Assembly (NCBI GenBank): GCA_965228855.1
Contig: CBDDIJ010000004.1
Span: 118,138 to 182,137, forward strand
Direction of reading: 5' to 3'
DNA length: 64,000 bases
Source of the DNA: Candidatus Obscuribacterales bacterium
GTDB lineage: Bacteria; Cyanobacteriota; Vampirovibrionia; Obscuribacterales; Obscuribacteraceae
The position numbers were made by a program, and so were the translations under genes. The stretch's first letter is position 1; the number at the start of each line of letters is the position of its first letter. Shown here piece by piece: positions 63,333 through 64,000 of the stretch. The notes below the pieces were generated by a model, which made no database searches, had not been told where the DNA came from, and saw only the letters and a program-made list of their open reading frames with translations.

Positions 63333-64000
63333 GTGGCTCGTGAGGGGGCAAGCGCCCTGGCCGACGTCCTGCGGAACGCACGCAAAAAACTGAGCGGACC
63401 CGACATCGATGATCCCGGCCTCGAAGCCAGGATCATCGTCGAGCATTTCACCGGTACGTCGCGCGCCGACGCTGTCGGTCGCCCCGACACGGCGGTCGCG
63501 CCAGAGGCAGTCGCCGCCATCGCCGCCGCTCTCCGGCGCCGCCGTGCCGGTGAGCCTGTCTACCGCATCCTCGGGTTCCGCGAATTCCACGGGCTGCGGC
63601 TCACGCTGTCGCCGGAGACGCTGGAGCCACGTCCCGACACCGAGACGCTCGTCGACCTGGTGCTGCCCCATGTCCGCGAGACCGTTGGCAGGCACGGCGC
63701 CTGCACGATCCTCGACCTGGGCACCGGCACCGGGGCTATCGCGCTGGCCATCCTCGCGCAGGTGCCCGAAGCCACCGCCGTCGGCGTCGACATCTCGGCC
63801 GGTGCGCTGGCGACGGCCTTGGAAAACGCCCGGCAAACCGGCCTGTCCGGCCGTTTTTCGGCGGTGGAATCGGATTGGCTCGGAAAAATTGATGGCCGCT
63901 TTCATTTAATTGTCTCGAATCCACCCTATATCAGGCATGAAGACATCGACGGCCTGGATATCGCCGTCCGCGATTTCGACCCTTTGAAAGCACTGGATGG
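63333..64000 (+). CDS. prmC: Release factor glutamine methyltransferase (runs off the window)
   Basis: [27 protein letters not shown] in one frame. Confidence 0.95.
   Translation, partial: MAREGASALADVLRNARKKLSGPDIDDPGLEARIIVEHFTGTSRADAVGRPDTAVAPEAVAAIAAALRRRRAGEPVYRILGFREFHGLRLTLSPETLEPRPDTETLVDLVLPHVRETVGRHGACTILDLGTGTGAIALAILAQVPEATAVGVDISAGALATALENARQTGLSGRFSAVESDWLGKIDGRFHLIVSNPPYIRHEDIDGLDIAVRDFDPLKALD

Noticed and set aside
59814..63520. Long minus-strand ORFs (702 and 482 aa)
   Set aside because: Antisense shadows of ptsP and prfA.

Overview
GC-rich alphaproteobacterial chromosome segment, Phyllobacteriaceae/Mesorhizobium-like by gene content and order. Bases ~215-20120 are a ~19.9 kb integrative heavy-metal island at the tRNA-Leu(CAA) locus. 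It carries a mer operon (merR-T-P-A-B), two further MerR modules, a multicopper oxidase, two ars clusters and a frameshifted tyrosine integrase. It sits in tandem behind a sister element whose integrase starts at base 29. The island is bounded by a 15-bp repeat in the tRNA anticodon loop. The host-type tRNA 3' half is stranded at the right end (20108-20159), while an intact tRNA-Leu(CAA) with a re-coded att core lies just inside the left arm (365-449), which suggests a replacement-tRNA integration strategy. Bases 20.2-34 kb hold a 7TM-DISM two-component pair, LysE, ArsR/SRPBCC and an amidohydrolase-CobW-ABC catabolic operon. Bases 36.8-41.5 kb hold a DltA/DltB/DltC-like aminoacylation cassette preceded by a small membrane ORF ending in RPPR. 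The rest is mostly core genes: secA, ppiC-type PPIase, argJ, mutT, flp pilin, comF, grxC, ubiG, lysC, ptsP, prfA and prmC. The prfA product has an unusually rewritten GGQ loop. Several single-base indels in homopolymers probably reflect sequencing error. All calls come from manual reading; no database searches were run.
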